A stretch of DNA of 63,055 nt, filler included, from Collodictyon triciliatum (Eukaryota), in the NCBI GenBank assembly GCA_043381765.1. It is 19 parts of 19 records of this genome, joined end to end, with 100 filler letters (N's around TTAATTAATTAA, not from the genome) between each part and the next. Parts side by side here need not be neighbours in the genome. Positions count along the whole stretch, not along the records: positions 1 to 3,226 come from JBHJMP010007614.1; positions 3,327 to 6,552 come from JBHJMP010007615.1; positions 6,653 to 9,877 come from JBHJMP010007616.1; positions 9,978 to 13,201 come from JBHJMP010007617.1; positions 13,302 to 16,593 come from JBHJMP010007618.1; 14 more parts are not named here. One strand, given 5' to 3'. Shown here piece after piece: positions 1 through 13,747 of this stretch (position 1 is its first letter; the number at the start of each line of letters is the position of its first letter). Made by a program: the position numbers and the translations under genes. The notes under the pieces are model-generated. The model saw only the letters and a program-made list of their open reading frames with translations. It did not search any database and had not been told where the DNA came from.

Positions 1-50
<50 letters not shown>

Positions 51-170
51 TTATTGTATTCTTTTTCTTTTTTTTTTTTTTTCTTTTCCTTTTTGATACA
101 CTTTTCTTAACTTTTTTTTTTTGGGAAAACGAACAAGATTAGATAGGGAGATATATAGATATATGCATAC

Positions 171-2736
171 ACAGAGAGAATCTTGAGTCCATAAGGGTCA
201 CTATCCACCAATCCGAGGATGGGCAGGTGCAGCGTCTCTTTGAGCTTTTTCAGGAAAAGTCTATGAGAGGCATAGCACTCAGTGTCAACGATTCGTAGTA
301 CTACTTTCATAGAGGATACTTTTTGTAATAAAAACATGCATGAAAACGAATGGCCTGTATATTTATTTACCAACAGCTCGAAAATTATCCAATATCATTA
401 TAATCTTATTTAAAAAAATGGGCATGTGAATTCAGTCTGATATGAGAAATCATGTGAACCTGGTGGCGACGTCAGGTTGCCCTTTTGCCTATTAACAAAT
501 GGAATTTATGACTAATTAAATATTGTACCATGTTATTAATCCTTTTAACTGAGAAATAATTCAAAAAATATGGATTTATCAAACACATGTGAAATCCACA
601 CAGGCTAATAGGACACCCAAAGAAGGGGTAGAAGAAAAAAAAAAGATGACATACTGTAACCATGATGCATGGATATTTGTTGTAAAAGCGGTCTTCTGCC
701 AGGCGAGAAAAAGCGGCATCCTTTTCGATAAGCAGGATGAACTCAGCCTTTCAGTTTGTATAAAATGTCTTTAGAAAAAAGAAGAAAAATTCAAGCAACA
801 AAAGCCGTTTCCAGCATCAATACTGCAGGGAAATATGGCATTACCTTGCTACTGACGATAGTGAGCTTGTCCATGTAAGGCGGAATAATCTTGCCACCCA
901 CACCCATTTGTGAGCAGTCGATTCTGTCTCCTACAGAAAACAAAAAAAAGTACGAAAACACAAACCGTCGAAGCAATCAGTGGCAATTTAACATGTAGGA
1001 CTGGTGTGACTATGTAATCTCAAAGAATGCATATAAATAAATGCTTGATTATGCACGTAGTTAACAAAGTTGTTACCATCCTCAATGAAAATAAGATTTC
1101 CAAGGACAACTCCCTTTCCAGAAGCGACGACTAGAAGAGAGAAAAAGGAAATTTGAGCTGCTAATCTTTTTGTATGATTTCTGCCGTGGTTGATTTTATT
1201 CTAGAATTGAATCTCTGAAGACTGAGACCCAAAGGAAAGATAAACGCTTATTCAGCGCAGGCTTACTTGATAAGTAAGGGCCATGTAAAAGAATCAAGGT
1301 GCGATAATCTTATTCTAGAAAATTGGAGACATACCATTGAGACTTGTACGGGTACAACCAATCATACAGGCCATGTCTTCAAGGATGATGTCGCTTTCAT
1401 TTTGCTCTTTGAATAGCTTAACATCTGAGCATATATCAGGGATGAGTTTTTATAGTTATGATAGCTTGTCAAATGAAACCACCTGAATAAAACATATCAC
1501 GCTTTGTACAGTGAATTTTCTTCGAACACAGTTCATGAGTTAGCTGAAGCAGTCTTGTGGTAATTGCAACCTTCCTGATAGATTGAAATTGTGTTTATAT
1601 ATTAATTATTATTACTATATTAATATCATTTTAATCATTGGTATTATTAATTTTGCTGTTATTATCTATAATTTATATCGCATGATTCCTTATTCAAAAA
1701 GGGATGATTTATTGATGGTAAGATATTGATTTTTCCGTAGTGTTTTAAGCAAAACGTGTTGAATTGAAATTACCTTGATGTTGATACACTGGCAAAAGGG
1801 CGATCAGATGTTTTGGTCTATATTTACGTTCGTTAGATATTGATCCAAAACCGACAGTATGTGCACGCATTATTATTTCATTTATGAATTTTGATGTTAC
1901 ACCAGTAACAGTTGATTAAATAAAGAATTTTTTGAAAGACAAATTTTCAATTTCTTATTACTCCCAACGCGATTCGATCCATCTCAGGAATATAGACTTG
2001 ATTGGAGGACGACCTACTAGGGACTTCGTAATTGAAACCTAGCAAAGTGTGAATAGTGAGAACATATTACAAAAAATGTGTGTGATTCGAGAAAAAAATG
2101 GCCTTGTTACATAATTGTTCATCGACATACTAATGGTTATATATCTGCAACTTACCGTCGCCAGACATGATTGTTCGACATGTTTGAAGAGTAATTCGTT
2201 CTATCTCTGAAAGAACTTGGTCGTCGTCCAGCTCTTTTACCTCTGCCTTAACCTTCTCTTGCAGTCCGAGAGATTGGAGCGTGTGAATGCTGTACAATTT
2301 ATTTTATTCATTTCATCTTGAAACAGAAAAAGAACAGAGGAGGCTAATATATTACGGCAAAGAAGCATGCTTCTTATCCTAGCAAGTATCTGACAAGTTT
2401 TCAAACATATTACAGATGTGAAATAGAACGGTATCTGCACCGTGCTGAAATAAAGCATTGGTGAGCCGAAGGTATTTTCCAGATTATAACGTACGTCTTT
2501 GAAGAATTCTTTTGCCTCTCTTGAGCAGTTAACTCACGAACACGTTTCAAGACCACCTCCGGCTCGAGATTTTCAGGAGCAATGAAAAGCTCCTCCTCTT
2601 CTCCTGAATCCTCCGATCCCTCGTCTCTTTTCTTCGTCTTTCTCGTCTTCTTTACGCCTGCGGCACTTGTGGCCTTCGTTCGCCTAACTTTGGGCGAGTC
2701 GTCTTCGTTTGCAGCAGCTTTCTTTCTTGGAGGCAT
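171..2736 (-). CDS. TOP6A: DNA topoisomerase VI subunit A (SPO11-3/TOP6A type), multi-exon, 3' end missing
   Basis: Hand-spliced GT-AG exons give MPPRKK...[22 protein letters not shown]...[21 protein letters not shown]...[13 protein letters not shown] (catalytic Tyr)...GCTRTSLNV...[10 protein letters not shown]...[69 protein letters not shown]. These motifs match plant SPO11-3/RHL2 rather than meiotic SPO11-1/2. Confidence 0.93.
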
Positions 2737-3143
2737 TTCCAGGGTTCTAAGGGCGACAAAGATGGAAAGAAAGGAAGGAAGGATAAAAGATATAAAAATA
2801 AATAATAATATAATACTCGTATCAATATGTGCAGAGCTCATTTCTCTGTTGATGGTTGCTCATTTCTCCGCGATGGTCTTCGAACCCTGGCTCGGCTGAT
2901 CATCCGCTTTCGCCTGCGGCTGAGGCTGTCGCGATCGTGGGTTTGTTTTGTTGATTCGTGTTTTTTTTTTTTTGCCGAGACTTTGGCTGGCCGGTTCGAA
3001 TATTTAAAAGTTCGAATGTGGGATTTTTCTCCGCAAATGGACGATTAGTCTTCGCCGAACCAGGAGACTTTCCGCGCGTTCAATTGCACAAAAATGACTC
3101 AGTTTTTCATCATAAAAAAAAGAAAAGAGAAAAAAGAAAAAAG

Positions 3144-3226
<83 letters not shown>

Positions 3227-3326
3227 NNNNNNNNNNNNNNNNNNNNNNNNNNNNNNNNNNNNNNNNNNNNTTAATTAATTAANNNNNNNNNNNNNNNNNN
3301 NNNNNNNNNNNNNNNNNNNNNNNNNN
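3227..3326. other. Artificial contig linker N44-TTAATTAATTAA-N44 (first of 18 in the window)
   Basis: An identical 12-mer with stops in all six frames sits centred in 100-nt N blocks about every 3.3 kb. Confidence 0.98.
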
Positions 3327-3464
3327 TTTCTCTCTCTTTTCTCTCTCTTTTCTCTCTCTTTTCTCTCTCTTTTCTCTCTCTTTTCTCTCTCTTTTCTCTC
3401 TCTTTTCTCTCTCTTTTCTCTCTCTTCTCTCTCTCTTCTCTCAACATCTTCCATGTCCTCGCAG

Positions 3465-3703
3465 AGGTCCACATGGGAGTGAAGGGCATCGTCCGCACAA
3501 CCACCGGCGTTCCGCTCCGCGCCACAGTCACCGTGACCGGCCGCGCACACAAAGTCTACAGCGACTCCGAGAACGGCGATTACTACCGCATCCTGCTTCC
3601 CGGCACATACGAGCTGCAGGCCCAAGTGACCGGCTACGCCTCGCAGAAGAAGACCGTCACAGTCTCGGCCTCTGCTGTGTCTGTGCTCGACTTTGTCTTC
3701 TAA
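3465..3703 (+). CDS. Last exon of an M14 (carboxypeptidase D/N-like) metallocarboxypeptidase, transthyretin-like C-terminal domain
   Basis: VHMGVKGIVR...GVPLRATVTVTG...SDSENGDYYRILLPGTYELQAQVTGY, preceded by a polypyrimidine tract and cag. Confidence 0.8.
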
Positions 3704-4546
3704 ACCAGATGCCGCACTGAGCGAGATAAACTCGAGCATTTGATTAATGCGTAAACTCTCCTTTTTTTTTCTTTTTTTTTTGTTTTGTTTTTTGTTTTTT
3801 GTCTTCTGTTCTTTTGTATTTTTTTGTTTTTTGTCTTTTGTCTTTTGTCTTTTGTCTTTTGTCTTTTGTCTTTTGTCTTTTGTCTTTTGTCTTTTGTCTT
3901 TTGTCTTTTGTCTTCTGTTTTTTGATTTTTGTTTTTTTGTTTTTTGTCTTTTGACAACTCAAAGACAGAAAGTAGGCAAGTGCCCTGGTCACTCTATTTT
4001 TATTACTTTATCCGCTCACCTATTCACCGTGAAGCGCGAGGACGCCAACGCAGCCAAGTTTTAAAACAGACGAGTCAGTCCTTGGAGTTGATGGAAAGCC
4101 GAACCGAAGAGCGGGAGAAGCAAAGAGATGAGGTTTGCGCTTGCAGTTTGCAAAACACACAGTGGTTCATTTGCTTCGCTGCCGGGATGGCGATCGGAGG
4201 GGGACCAAAGTGAGTTGCAGGAAAGAGAGTCGGAGCTAAGAATGAACTTGTTTTCAGATCGAGGCTGCCTTTGAGGCTTTGGACGGATCTCTTCAGACAG
4301 CCTTTGACACTTATCGGCGCCGCATAGAAAAGCTGCGAACGCTGGAAAAAGACGCAGTATACATTTGCCAATACCATTTTTTTTTGGTTGTGTTATATCA
4401 ACTTTGCAACAAATAAATAAATATGAAAATAAACAAATAAACAAATAATTATGAAAATAAATAAATAATATGAAAATAAAATTAAACAAATAAACAAATA
4501 AACAAAGAATAAACCATATGTAAAAAACTAAGGCAAAAGTGCAAAC

Positions 4547-5752
4547 ATGAGTATTTCATGGCAGATTCGAGCAAAGCATGCCGTCATCGCAAAACAAAGC
4601 TCTCTCAATGAGCAATCACTGCTTGTTCAAACACGCCACCTTGCAAGGATACAAAGCTGCGATCCAGAACGAGACCCAGAGAGCATATACCGTAACACGA
4701 GCGCATCGCATCTAGTGTCGCTGCTAAAGAGCCTGAAAGTTGTAAAGGAAACCAATTCTTTGAGTTTGACCCCACTGAGCTACGGGCTCCTGTCATACAG
4801 ACCCGGCGCCAAGACAATACATGTGTCCCTTACCGAAGAAGATCACAAGGATGAGTCAAAGAGCATCAGATTCTCAAGCTTTGGCCATGTCGGACGCACG
4901 ATAGAGTCGATTCAGGAGGCTGTTCAGGTGTATGGGACTGAGGGAAGCAGCGAAGGGCAGTTCCGTTGCCCGCTCGGAATCGCCATCCATCCACAGAACA
5001 TGAACATCTATGTGGTAGAATGGGATAACTACCGCGTTCAGGTCTTTGATCCGCAGTTTCAGTTTCTAAAATCTGTCGGCTCTCTTGGGAAAGGAGAAGC
5101 CCAGTTTGACTACCCACGCGGAGTTACAGTCTCGCCCGAGGGCCGTGTTGCTGTCACCGACCACAATAATAACCGTGTGCAGATTTTCGACTCAAACCTC
5201 AACTATCTCTTCTCCATCGGCAAAGGCAACCACAAGCACGAAGTCTCTCCAAAACACGGGGCTTTACAATCGCCATACAGCGCAATATACGACGCGGACG
5301 GCAATCTATACGTCGCAGACAAAGGAGGCCGACAGATACAAAAGTACAACCACGATGGAGAATATATCCAAAGCATCGGAAACAGCGGCGATGTCCTCGT
5401 GAAAGATGTCGAGTCAATAGCTGTTTTGTCGAACGGCGACCTTTGTTCTGCTTCATGCTCCTGCGATGAGTTGGTCGTGTTCACACCTGACGGTCAGTTC
5501 GTTCGCTCGTTCGACATTGAGAGGCTTTCTAGCCATGTAAGCATATGCAATGGTTATGATGACAGCGTCTTTGTGAGTGACTTTGAAAAGAACTTCATCG
5601 CTGTTTACGATAGGGAGGGGCATCTTGTGAAGAAGATTGGTGAGTCATACCCAGAGAGCATGCGATTCAGAAATCCTCGTGGGTTGACATTTGGGCCGGA
5701 CAATAAGCTCTATGTCTGTGATTACAGGAATAACAGAGTGCACATTTTCTGA
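4547..5752 (+). CDS. NHL-repeat beta-propeller protein, intronless, 401 aa
   Basis: Repeated NHL motifs: GQFRCPLGIAI...IYVVEWDNYRVQVF, QFDYPRGVTV...VTDHNNNRVQIF, FRNPRGLTFG...LYVCDYRNNRVHIF. Confidence 0.9.
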   Translation: MSISWQIRAKHAVIAKQSSLNEQSLLVQTRHLARIQSCDPERDPESIYRNTSASHLVSLLKSLKVVKETNSLSLTPLSYGLLSYRPGAKTIHVSLTEEDHKDESKSIRFSSFGHVGRTIESIQEAVQVYGTEGSSEGQFRCPLGIAIHPQNMNIYVVEWDNYRVQVFDPQFQFLKSVGSLGKGEAQFDYPRGVTVSPEGRVAVTDHNNNRVQIFDSNLNYLFSIGKGNHKHEVSPKHGALQSPYSAIYDADGNLYVADKGGRQIQKYNHDGEYIQSIGNSGDVLVKDVESIAVLSNGDLCSASCSCDELVVFTPDGQFVRSFDIERLSSHVSICNGYDDSVFVSDFEKNFIAVYDREGHLVKKIGESYPESMRFRNPRGLTFGPDNKLYVCDYRNNRVHIF

Positions 5753-6652
5753 GTCACGCAACAAACATATGGGAAAAAGAATAAAAAAAAATTATGATAA
5801 AGATACCATCGAGTTGTGGACAGAGGCCATCTAAAATCTTATCTTCAACAGAATAGAAAGACAGAGCGAAGCTGTGCGATGCAATTTTGTGATGATGATG
5901 ATGAAAAGAAAGAAAAAACAAGGAGGTTATTTTGCCTAGATGCAACAGTTTCCTTGTCTCAACCAGATTTCTTATTTGCTCTTTATCTTGCTAACGCTCA
6001 AGGATACATCCCACCCACAGCCCATTTCGCATTGCACCAAGGAAGCTACGTGCGACTCTTCTGTTGATATTTCACTCATAGTTTGAGCGAGTTTACATCA
6101 ATATACACATATCTTTCCCCGTGTTATTAAGCCGAAGAAAAGAAAAAGTTAGATTATTATTGTTGTTGTTGTTGTTGTTGTTGCCGCAACCTCGTTTTGT
6201 TTGAAGGCGCTGGACTAAACGATAAAAAGTCGTTGTGTATAATTCCAGAATCGCATTTGCCCGAGAATCAACACTGGAAAGGAACTGTCTTTGATTCCGC
6301 TTCGTTGACTTGTCCTTTTTTTCTTTTTGGTGTTTGTATGTATATATATTGATTGCCTGACTTTTCGTCACGGAAGCAAACGAGTTATTTTTTTTTATTT
6401 TTTTAATCTTCGTTTTCATTGTATTCATATTACATAAATTTGTCTTTTTATCTCTTTTTAATCAATATGTGATGAGTTCCTCTCTGAACAACCACGCAGC
6501 TATTTCAACACCCCCTTTTTCCCCACGGCTTAATCTTTATTATCCTTTTTTTNNNNNNNNNNNNNNNNNNNNNNNNNNNNNNNNNNNNNNNNNNNNTTAA
6601 TTAATTAANNNNNNNNNNNNNNNNNNNNNNNNNNNNNNNNNNNNNNNNNNNN

Positions 6653-6760
<108 letters not shown>

Positions 6761-6764
6761 TCAG

Positions 6765-9576
6765 AAAAATGATCCCATCAGCATCGCCTGTATCAGATTT
6801 GAAATCGGGAAAGGACATTTGATGGCAGGACGACTACCCCTCTCTAGATATGTTTGTCACAAAATTGATTCATTTGCTCCAAAAATTACAAAATTTTCAA
6901 TATGGTTTATCTTCTCATTAGGTTTCTGTATTTTTTTTTATTTAAAAATTGCCATTCAGACATCGTCCGATTTGTATAATCTTCGAGCTAAATGATTATT
7001 GTTTTTTTTTTTTTAAAAAAAAAAAGCAGACCATAGTCGTTCGGAATCCACTAAACCCATTTGATTTTCAATAGCTTGTCTTCCAGGCCTTTAAAATACA
7101 TCAGCGAGCCGTCTCTGTCCCTAACCAAGAAAATAAAAGCTCATGGTCTCTCAATAACTTAGTAAGTAACAGAGAAAGTTGATAGAGCCTGTATTTGTAT
7201 TATGCACTAATTTAAAGAAGAATGAATAATACAATCATATTACATTCATTAATTACGGTTAAAAACATAGTTCATCTGTTGTTCAAGCAAAAGGTGCTAC
7301 TCAGAAGGTGCGCATGCCGTTGTGCCCCTCAGCACTCAAAATCTGTCCGATGATTTCGGTATTACCCTGTTGTATGTAGCACAGTTTGCCTATGAGGACT
7401 GCGTAAGTGATTCGTTGTACTAGTTGCATCAATTCTGGTTAAGTTGTAAATTCATTTCCACTATGCATTTAAATGAAACAATAAAAAAAAATTTTTTAAC
7501 TATAGTCGATAGAAGATTTTTTCATGCATCTGGGAACTTTATCTGGTGTCAAACTGACCGCTGAGGACAAGTAATTTACAACATTCGGCGAATGTCATAC
7601 AACTGGGACACGATTTAAATTTTCTATAGATATTAAAGCAGATTATGCTGATTTCTTTTACACATTCTATTATAGTGTCATGAAGCTTACCCTTCTCGCC
7701 ATTCATTCTGCCTGTATCAAAAAACAAGACTTCAGTCATCTGCTTGATGAACTACAGCATGAAGCATCATCCATGAAGACATCTTGGAGAATGTACGTGG
7801 AATAGCATTTTGCACGGTTTTCACTCTCTAATAATTTGATATTAGCCTACCGATAGTCTACTACTACTGCTCCAAGTGTTATCTCATATTGTGTAATTTC
7901 AATGCTGCAAGGTTAAAACAGTCATCCTATGTTTCGAAATAAATGTAGCCTCATTTTTTTTTTATCTCTGCACATAGTGTCAAACCATTCACTATCAAAA
8001 TTTGACACTTACAGAGTTTCTGTTGACAAAGCCCTTAAGTCTCTTCAAACTCAAGGAGATTATCGATTTTGCATGGAATCTCTACGTCTTCTGAGCTTCA
8101 TTGAAGCACTTCAGGTAAACTATATATGTAATGAATTGTAGCTTTTCAAAATACAGAAGTAATCAATTTCATAAATAAGACTTTTTCTTCACGAACTTTT
8201 TTAATTTTTAAATCCAACAACATTAATAATTCTTTGACTTCCACTCTCAAAACTATGACTAAACGATGTGCACTTTCGATTTAGGTCCGAAGAAAAGAAA
8301 TGAATTCAGCCGCCGATGTTTTATTGGCTTATGAGCGTGATATGACTGAGTTACATGGAAAACAAATGTACTGGATTGATAAAGCGTGGATTTTGATGGA
8401 AAATAATTTTGTAGCCGAAGCTTGGAAGCTATTGAAAGTTTGCAATTTATTTTCATCGCTCCACATTTAGTCCATTTTAAAATTGATTCATTTCAGACAT
8501 AATTGGCTTTTGGTGTTCTACTTTCACAATATTTACGATTCCAGCATGGGGAACTATATAATAATAATAATAATATTTCACAGGAAAATACACGAAAAGG
8601 AGTCTACTTACAGTACTTGCGCACTTCGGATATCTTGAGGCTACGAGGTATATGTTTAGAGGCGTCGATGCAAATGAAGCAAGACCAGGATGCCATGACC
8701 CATATCAAGGAAATCATGGCCTTATTTTCTTATAAGGACGTAAAAATGGCCAATTTTCCTTTATTGAAGGACGTTATTTCATGGAAGTTAGAGGGGCCTG
8801 CAGCAAAAGAACTACAACATCTTCTTTTCCCAAAGCTGAAATCTGTTCCTCTATCATACAGAATATTCAACTGTCTTGCTTCATTAGTTCAAGCGTCGAT
8901 GACATTTTTCAATCGTTGGGTGGCCGAGCACAAAAGTAAAGCGGATGAGACTTCATTTTGGCAAGAAACCACCGAAGTCGCACTCGAGCTCTTGGAGAAA
9001 TACTCACAGTACAATGCTTTTGCAAAACCTAGATACTTGCTCTTAAATGGAATATACAGACATCTTCGAGGAAAATCTCGCGCTGGGAAAGACCTATTCA
9101 TGGAATGCATAGCTGTGGCTGAGGATTTACGATTACCACGCGAACGAGCTTTGGCGCATCTGCAGATGGGGATTTTCGAATCTTCGATAGGGAAAGCTAG
9201 AATGGAAGTAGACAAGGCCACGTCACTCATGATACAGGCAGGTTTTGAGAATGCAAAGGACATCCTTCCTTATTTCATTTCAATCGAACAGTCATACCGA
9301 GAAAGCCTATTTTCTGCGAATGAAGCGATGTCAGAGAATTCTTTCTGTAAAGAGGCAAGCATAACAAACACACACAACACCGTCCTGGATTTAGAGGCTG
9401 TGGTAGAGCCAGCAAATCACCCTCCAACAAAACCAGTAACCCAGGACCATCTCACAAACCCGCCATCTCAGATTTCTAAAGAGAAACATAGAGCCAGCTC
9501 GAGCGCAAAAGTTCCACCAAAACCACCAAAACCAGCAACAAACGCTTGGAATCTGGATGAAACCTCCTTGAAATAA
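6765..9576 (+). CDS. 3' part of a multi-exon TPR-like helical protein resembling the C-terminus of STAND-type (ADCY10-like) cyclases
   Basis: Several GT-AG exons plus a long last exon with AKPRYLLLNGIY..LRGK...A...AEDLRLPRERALAHLQMG. No cyclase or P-loop domain is present in this contig. Confidence 0.45.
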
Positions 9577-10089
9577 GATGTCGAAATGAGTTGGATGCAA
9601 GGGTTTTCTTTTTCTTTTTCATGAAAACCTGGTTCGTATTATCTTTATTTTCAAAATTGATTTGGATTCTTTGAACATGTTTGAGAAACATGCTTTCTCT
9701 TGCACAATCGCGCTCCTTCTCACAATTATTCCTTTATTTCCTTTAGTTTTGGGTGACTCAAATACATATATATTCTCTTTCTCTTTCTCTTTCTCTTTCT
9801 CTTTCTCTTTCTCTTTCTCTTTCTCTTTCTCTTTCTCTTTCTCTTTCTCTTTCTCTTTCTCTTTCTCTTTCTCTTTCNNNNNNNNNNNNNNNNNNNNNNN
9901 NNNNNNNNNNNNNNNNNNNNNTTAATTAATTAANNNNNNNNNNNNNNNNNNNNNNNNNNNNNNNNNNNNNNNNNNNNAAAGAAAAAGAAAAAGAAAAAGA
10001 AAAAGAAAAAGAAAAAGAAAAAGAAAAAGAAAAAGAAAAAGAAAAAGAAAAAGAAAAAGAAAAGGAAAAAGAAAAAGAAAAAGGAGAAA

Positions 10090-13020
10090 ATATCAAATCC
10101 TTTTCAATCACGGTGTTTAATATAGTTACATGTGTTTCTGGAGTTTCTAGGGGGTTGAGGTTGTTTGGCGATGTATTCATCTTGGAAGGCGATTAACTGA
10201 CGATAAATGGGCGCTAATGATGGGTTTGGTTGGGTTCTTACCTAAATAATAAAAATCATATCAAAGGGTAATAAAATAGATACTCGTGTACATCTTACAA
10301 AAGCTGCGTATAATAGAATATCGGAATAAGAATAAAACGGAGCGCCAAAACATTATTAATGACATTGTTTACCGCACTTCCTGCGTATTTACCACCAGTT
10401 GTTTCAACCAAAGTTTTGATTTTAATTCTGCTTTTATGTAAACGCAGGTAACTTAATCCTTGATTCTCGATGAGGAAACTGATTATTATCTCTGTTTTCC
10501 GAAATATTTGAAGAACAAAATAAGGTATCATCGGAAAGAAATGGTGTACATATATGCGGTATATTTTAGAATACAGTCGATCCAATATGACCCGTTTATA
10601 ACAACATACTTTCGACTCTATCAAACTGTAATGATAAGAAGGATAGCTGAGACACTATTTCTCGTCTGTATTTTCTCCATGCTCTTTGAATGACATTGAC
10701 TGGGGTTAACCGAATCGTTAATCACCCATTTTTACATCATTCTGACAAGTAAAAATAAACCAAAGGCATTTATGTATGTCATATTATTTGATTTACCTCG
10801 GTGCAAAAACAACTTAACCGCTAGGACCGCTCGAGAAACGTCTTTACAACTCAAAAGAAAAGATACAATTACTTCCAATCCACGTCTTTTCTTTCTTGAT
10901 TTCCACATTCTAACATAATTGAGGAGCACCCTATGATTTCATATAGCGAATAAAATTAATGCAATTTTTAAGCGTTTTTGCTTTTATTAATACTCTATGA
11001 GATGCAAAATAACACATGAAATAACAAAATAATAATAATAAAAAAAGACTTGTTCAATAGACCCATAGCTTTCAATTTATATAGAGCTCTTATTCTTGCT
11101 TGGTATCTTCGAAACTTCCGTTGTATTACGATTGCTGCCCAGTTTTGCTTCATTTTCATCATTTTTCTTTGATTTGAGTCCTGCGTTTGTTAAATAGCAA
11201 AGTTGGTTTATTCAAAAATACATTAAGAAAATAAATTTCAAAATATTAAATGTTCATTCACATTTCTTCCATTTCAAAATAATAGTAATGACAATTGGTG
11301 ATTACATGCAGAGCTCTAATGAAGGTCTTTAGCGTTGTTAATTAAATATGGGGTTAGTATGGATACATAATTTTTGTCCTCAAAAAGAAAAAAAAGAGGA
11401 GAGGAAAGTAATACTTGTTGCCTTAAAACAACAGCCAAAACTATAGCCCAAAAACGCTTTGCATGTATTTTATTCCAGTTAGATGCCAGTATTTCTTTCT
11501 CTTGTTGGATCTATTCGATGGGATGGACGAACATCAGGTTTGAATGTTCATAAAGATAGCTAATATAATTTTATTTATAACATTTTTAAATTCACTTGAC
11601 ACAATTTTTATCCTATTATCTACTCGAAAATATTTATTGAACAAAATTAGTGATAAATTAAAATAAGACAATAAAAAAAATTATACAAAATAGGGATAAA
11701 ATAGGGGTAGGAATGGTAAGGAAGCATACTTTTTCGAATATACTTCGTGAAACGGGTCGTTCTTTGATACTCTTTTGTTGCACATATGTTTCTAATTTTT
11801 CTTGCCGAAGCTGTTCAATTTCATGTTTCCTAGTTAAAGCCTGCTGTGCTCTCGCTGTATGTTTTTCGACCTAGGTTGTACATATTTTATTAATTTGTGG
11901 TAATTTTAATTTCAAGCACAAACAGTGGGAAAACGATAACAAAATTATCTACTATAAGAATATGTCATACAATCTCGTCTCTGCTTCTACTAGGAGACAG
12001 CGAGCTTAAGGACCTATGTAGGAACCCAAAAAAAAAAAAAAGGGTTTAAATTAAATATATGATTAACAATCATCCTAAGTATCGTAATTTTCATAGTAGT
12101 GAATATTTGGAATATTTAGAATTTAAGAATGGGCTTCAAATAATCTCCTACTTAATCCTTTGATGTTATTAAAAAAAAGGGGTGTAATATGTTTGTGTGA
12201 TTTATGATTTTGAGAAAAAAATTATCAAAGTTTTGAACTCACATTACTGAGCGAGAATAAAGACGTCTTGAGAAACCTGATGGTGAAGATAAAGGTCGAC
12301 TCATCTTATCCTGTGAGCTTGGCGACCTTCTGACTGAATAATTTAATTATTTTAATTGAATAAAACGCCTAAAGTTTTGGTTATAATTTTTTTTTTAAAA
12401 TACCAGAGCTATCGTTCTCTCGTGGAGAAGCTAAATATCTAATAAAAGATAGTCCTATAATTAGACTTTCATTTTGAGATGATGTCGGTGTCTACGAGAT
12501 GGATATTGCATATACGTCTGATGTGGGATGAGACATGATATATGATGCGTAAAATTACTGCTGAAATTTATCCAGGCCTAATTTTGGGATATTATGACTA
12601 GTGACGGATGGATTGATTCTGTGAACAATTTGAACTTCTGAAGGTCTTGATGGTGTCCTCGATGCTAGATTATCTAAGCATTAGTGTTTTGTATAAAGCC
12701 TACATAGTATTAGAAGTCGTGTGGAGTGAAGAGTTATTTTCCATAAGTTTTCTCATGTAAAGGAGATTATTTTAACCTTCTGCTTCAGTATCATCGTCAC
12801 AGAAATTACGACCAGATTGACTTAAGGTCGCTTTTGATATCGAATGCAGTTGATTGTTGTTGATTTGATTGATTGATGTTTAGGGGGTTTCAAATGTAAA
12901 CAAAGTAAAGAGCCGAAAAAATACAATAAAAGTCTTGCAATTTACCTATCATAGAATCAATTTTCATCAGGTTTCTATCCCACGATAATCTTCGTGCATC
13001 CCAGTTCTCAATCATAGTAG
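10090..13020 (-). CDS. Multi-exon hypothetical protein with S/R/P-rich region, coiled coil and IQ motif (partial)
   Basis: Minus-strand exons bounded by GT/AG include IQRAWRKYRR (about 10660-10695) and LLNYVRMWKSRKKRR. Boundaries are approximate. Confidence 0.5.
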
Positions 13021-13747
13021 GGGAGATCTTTTTTTTTTCAGAAAATTAAGTAGAGCATTTGTGTTGAGGGTGAGTTGTATCCTCGATATTATTATTTTAT
13101 TTATACTATTACTATTACTATTACTATTACTATTACTATTACTATTACTATTACTATTACTATTACTATTACTATTACTATTACTATTACTATTACTATT
13201 ANNNNNNNNNNNNNNNNNNNNNNNNNNNNNNNNNNNNNNNNNNNNTTAATTAATTAANNNNNNNNNNNNNNNNNNNNNNNNNNNNNNNNNNNNNNNNNNN
13301 NAAACAAACAAACAAACAAACAAACAAACAAACAAACAAACAAACAAACAAACAAACAAACAAACAAACAAACAAACAAACAAACAAACAAACAAACAAA
13401 CAAACAAACAAACAAACAAAGCCTGCAAATGTATGTTTATTATTTTCTGCCGACTTTTTCCTGTCTGCAATCTCCCAGTGAAGTTATCTCCCAAAGCACC
13501 AGGTCGCATCAGTTCAAAGAAAAAAGAAAAGCTATTACTTTTGCTGTTCACTTCGTACAGCTATGCGCAAACTTGTAAAGAATCGGTCATGACCAACTCT
13601 TCTCTTCAAAAAGGACATTCTCATAACCTCCTTGCACGGCTCTGAGTTTGCCTGCTTCTTCGCTCGATCTTTGTGTTTACTAGCAGCACTCTGATAGTTT
13701 CAATTCTCAATTAATTTGTCATATGTAAAGGAGCCCTTGGAGATCTT

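Noticed and set aside
3271-3282. Regularly spaced TTAATTAATTAA as a CRISPR-like or regulatory repeat
   Set aside because: It is always embedded in N runs and is a synthetic six-frame-stop linker.
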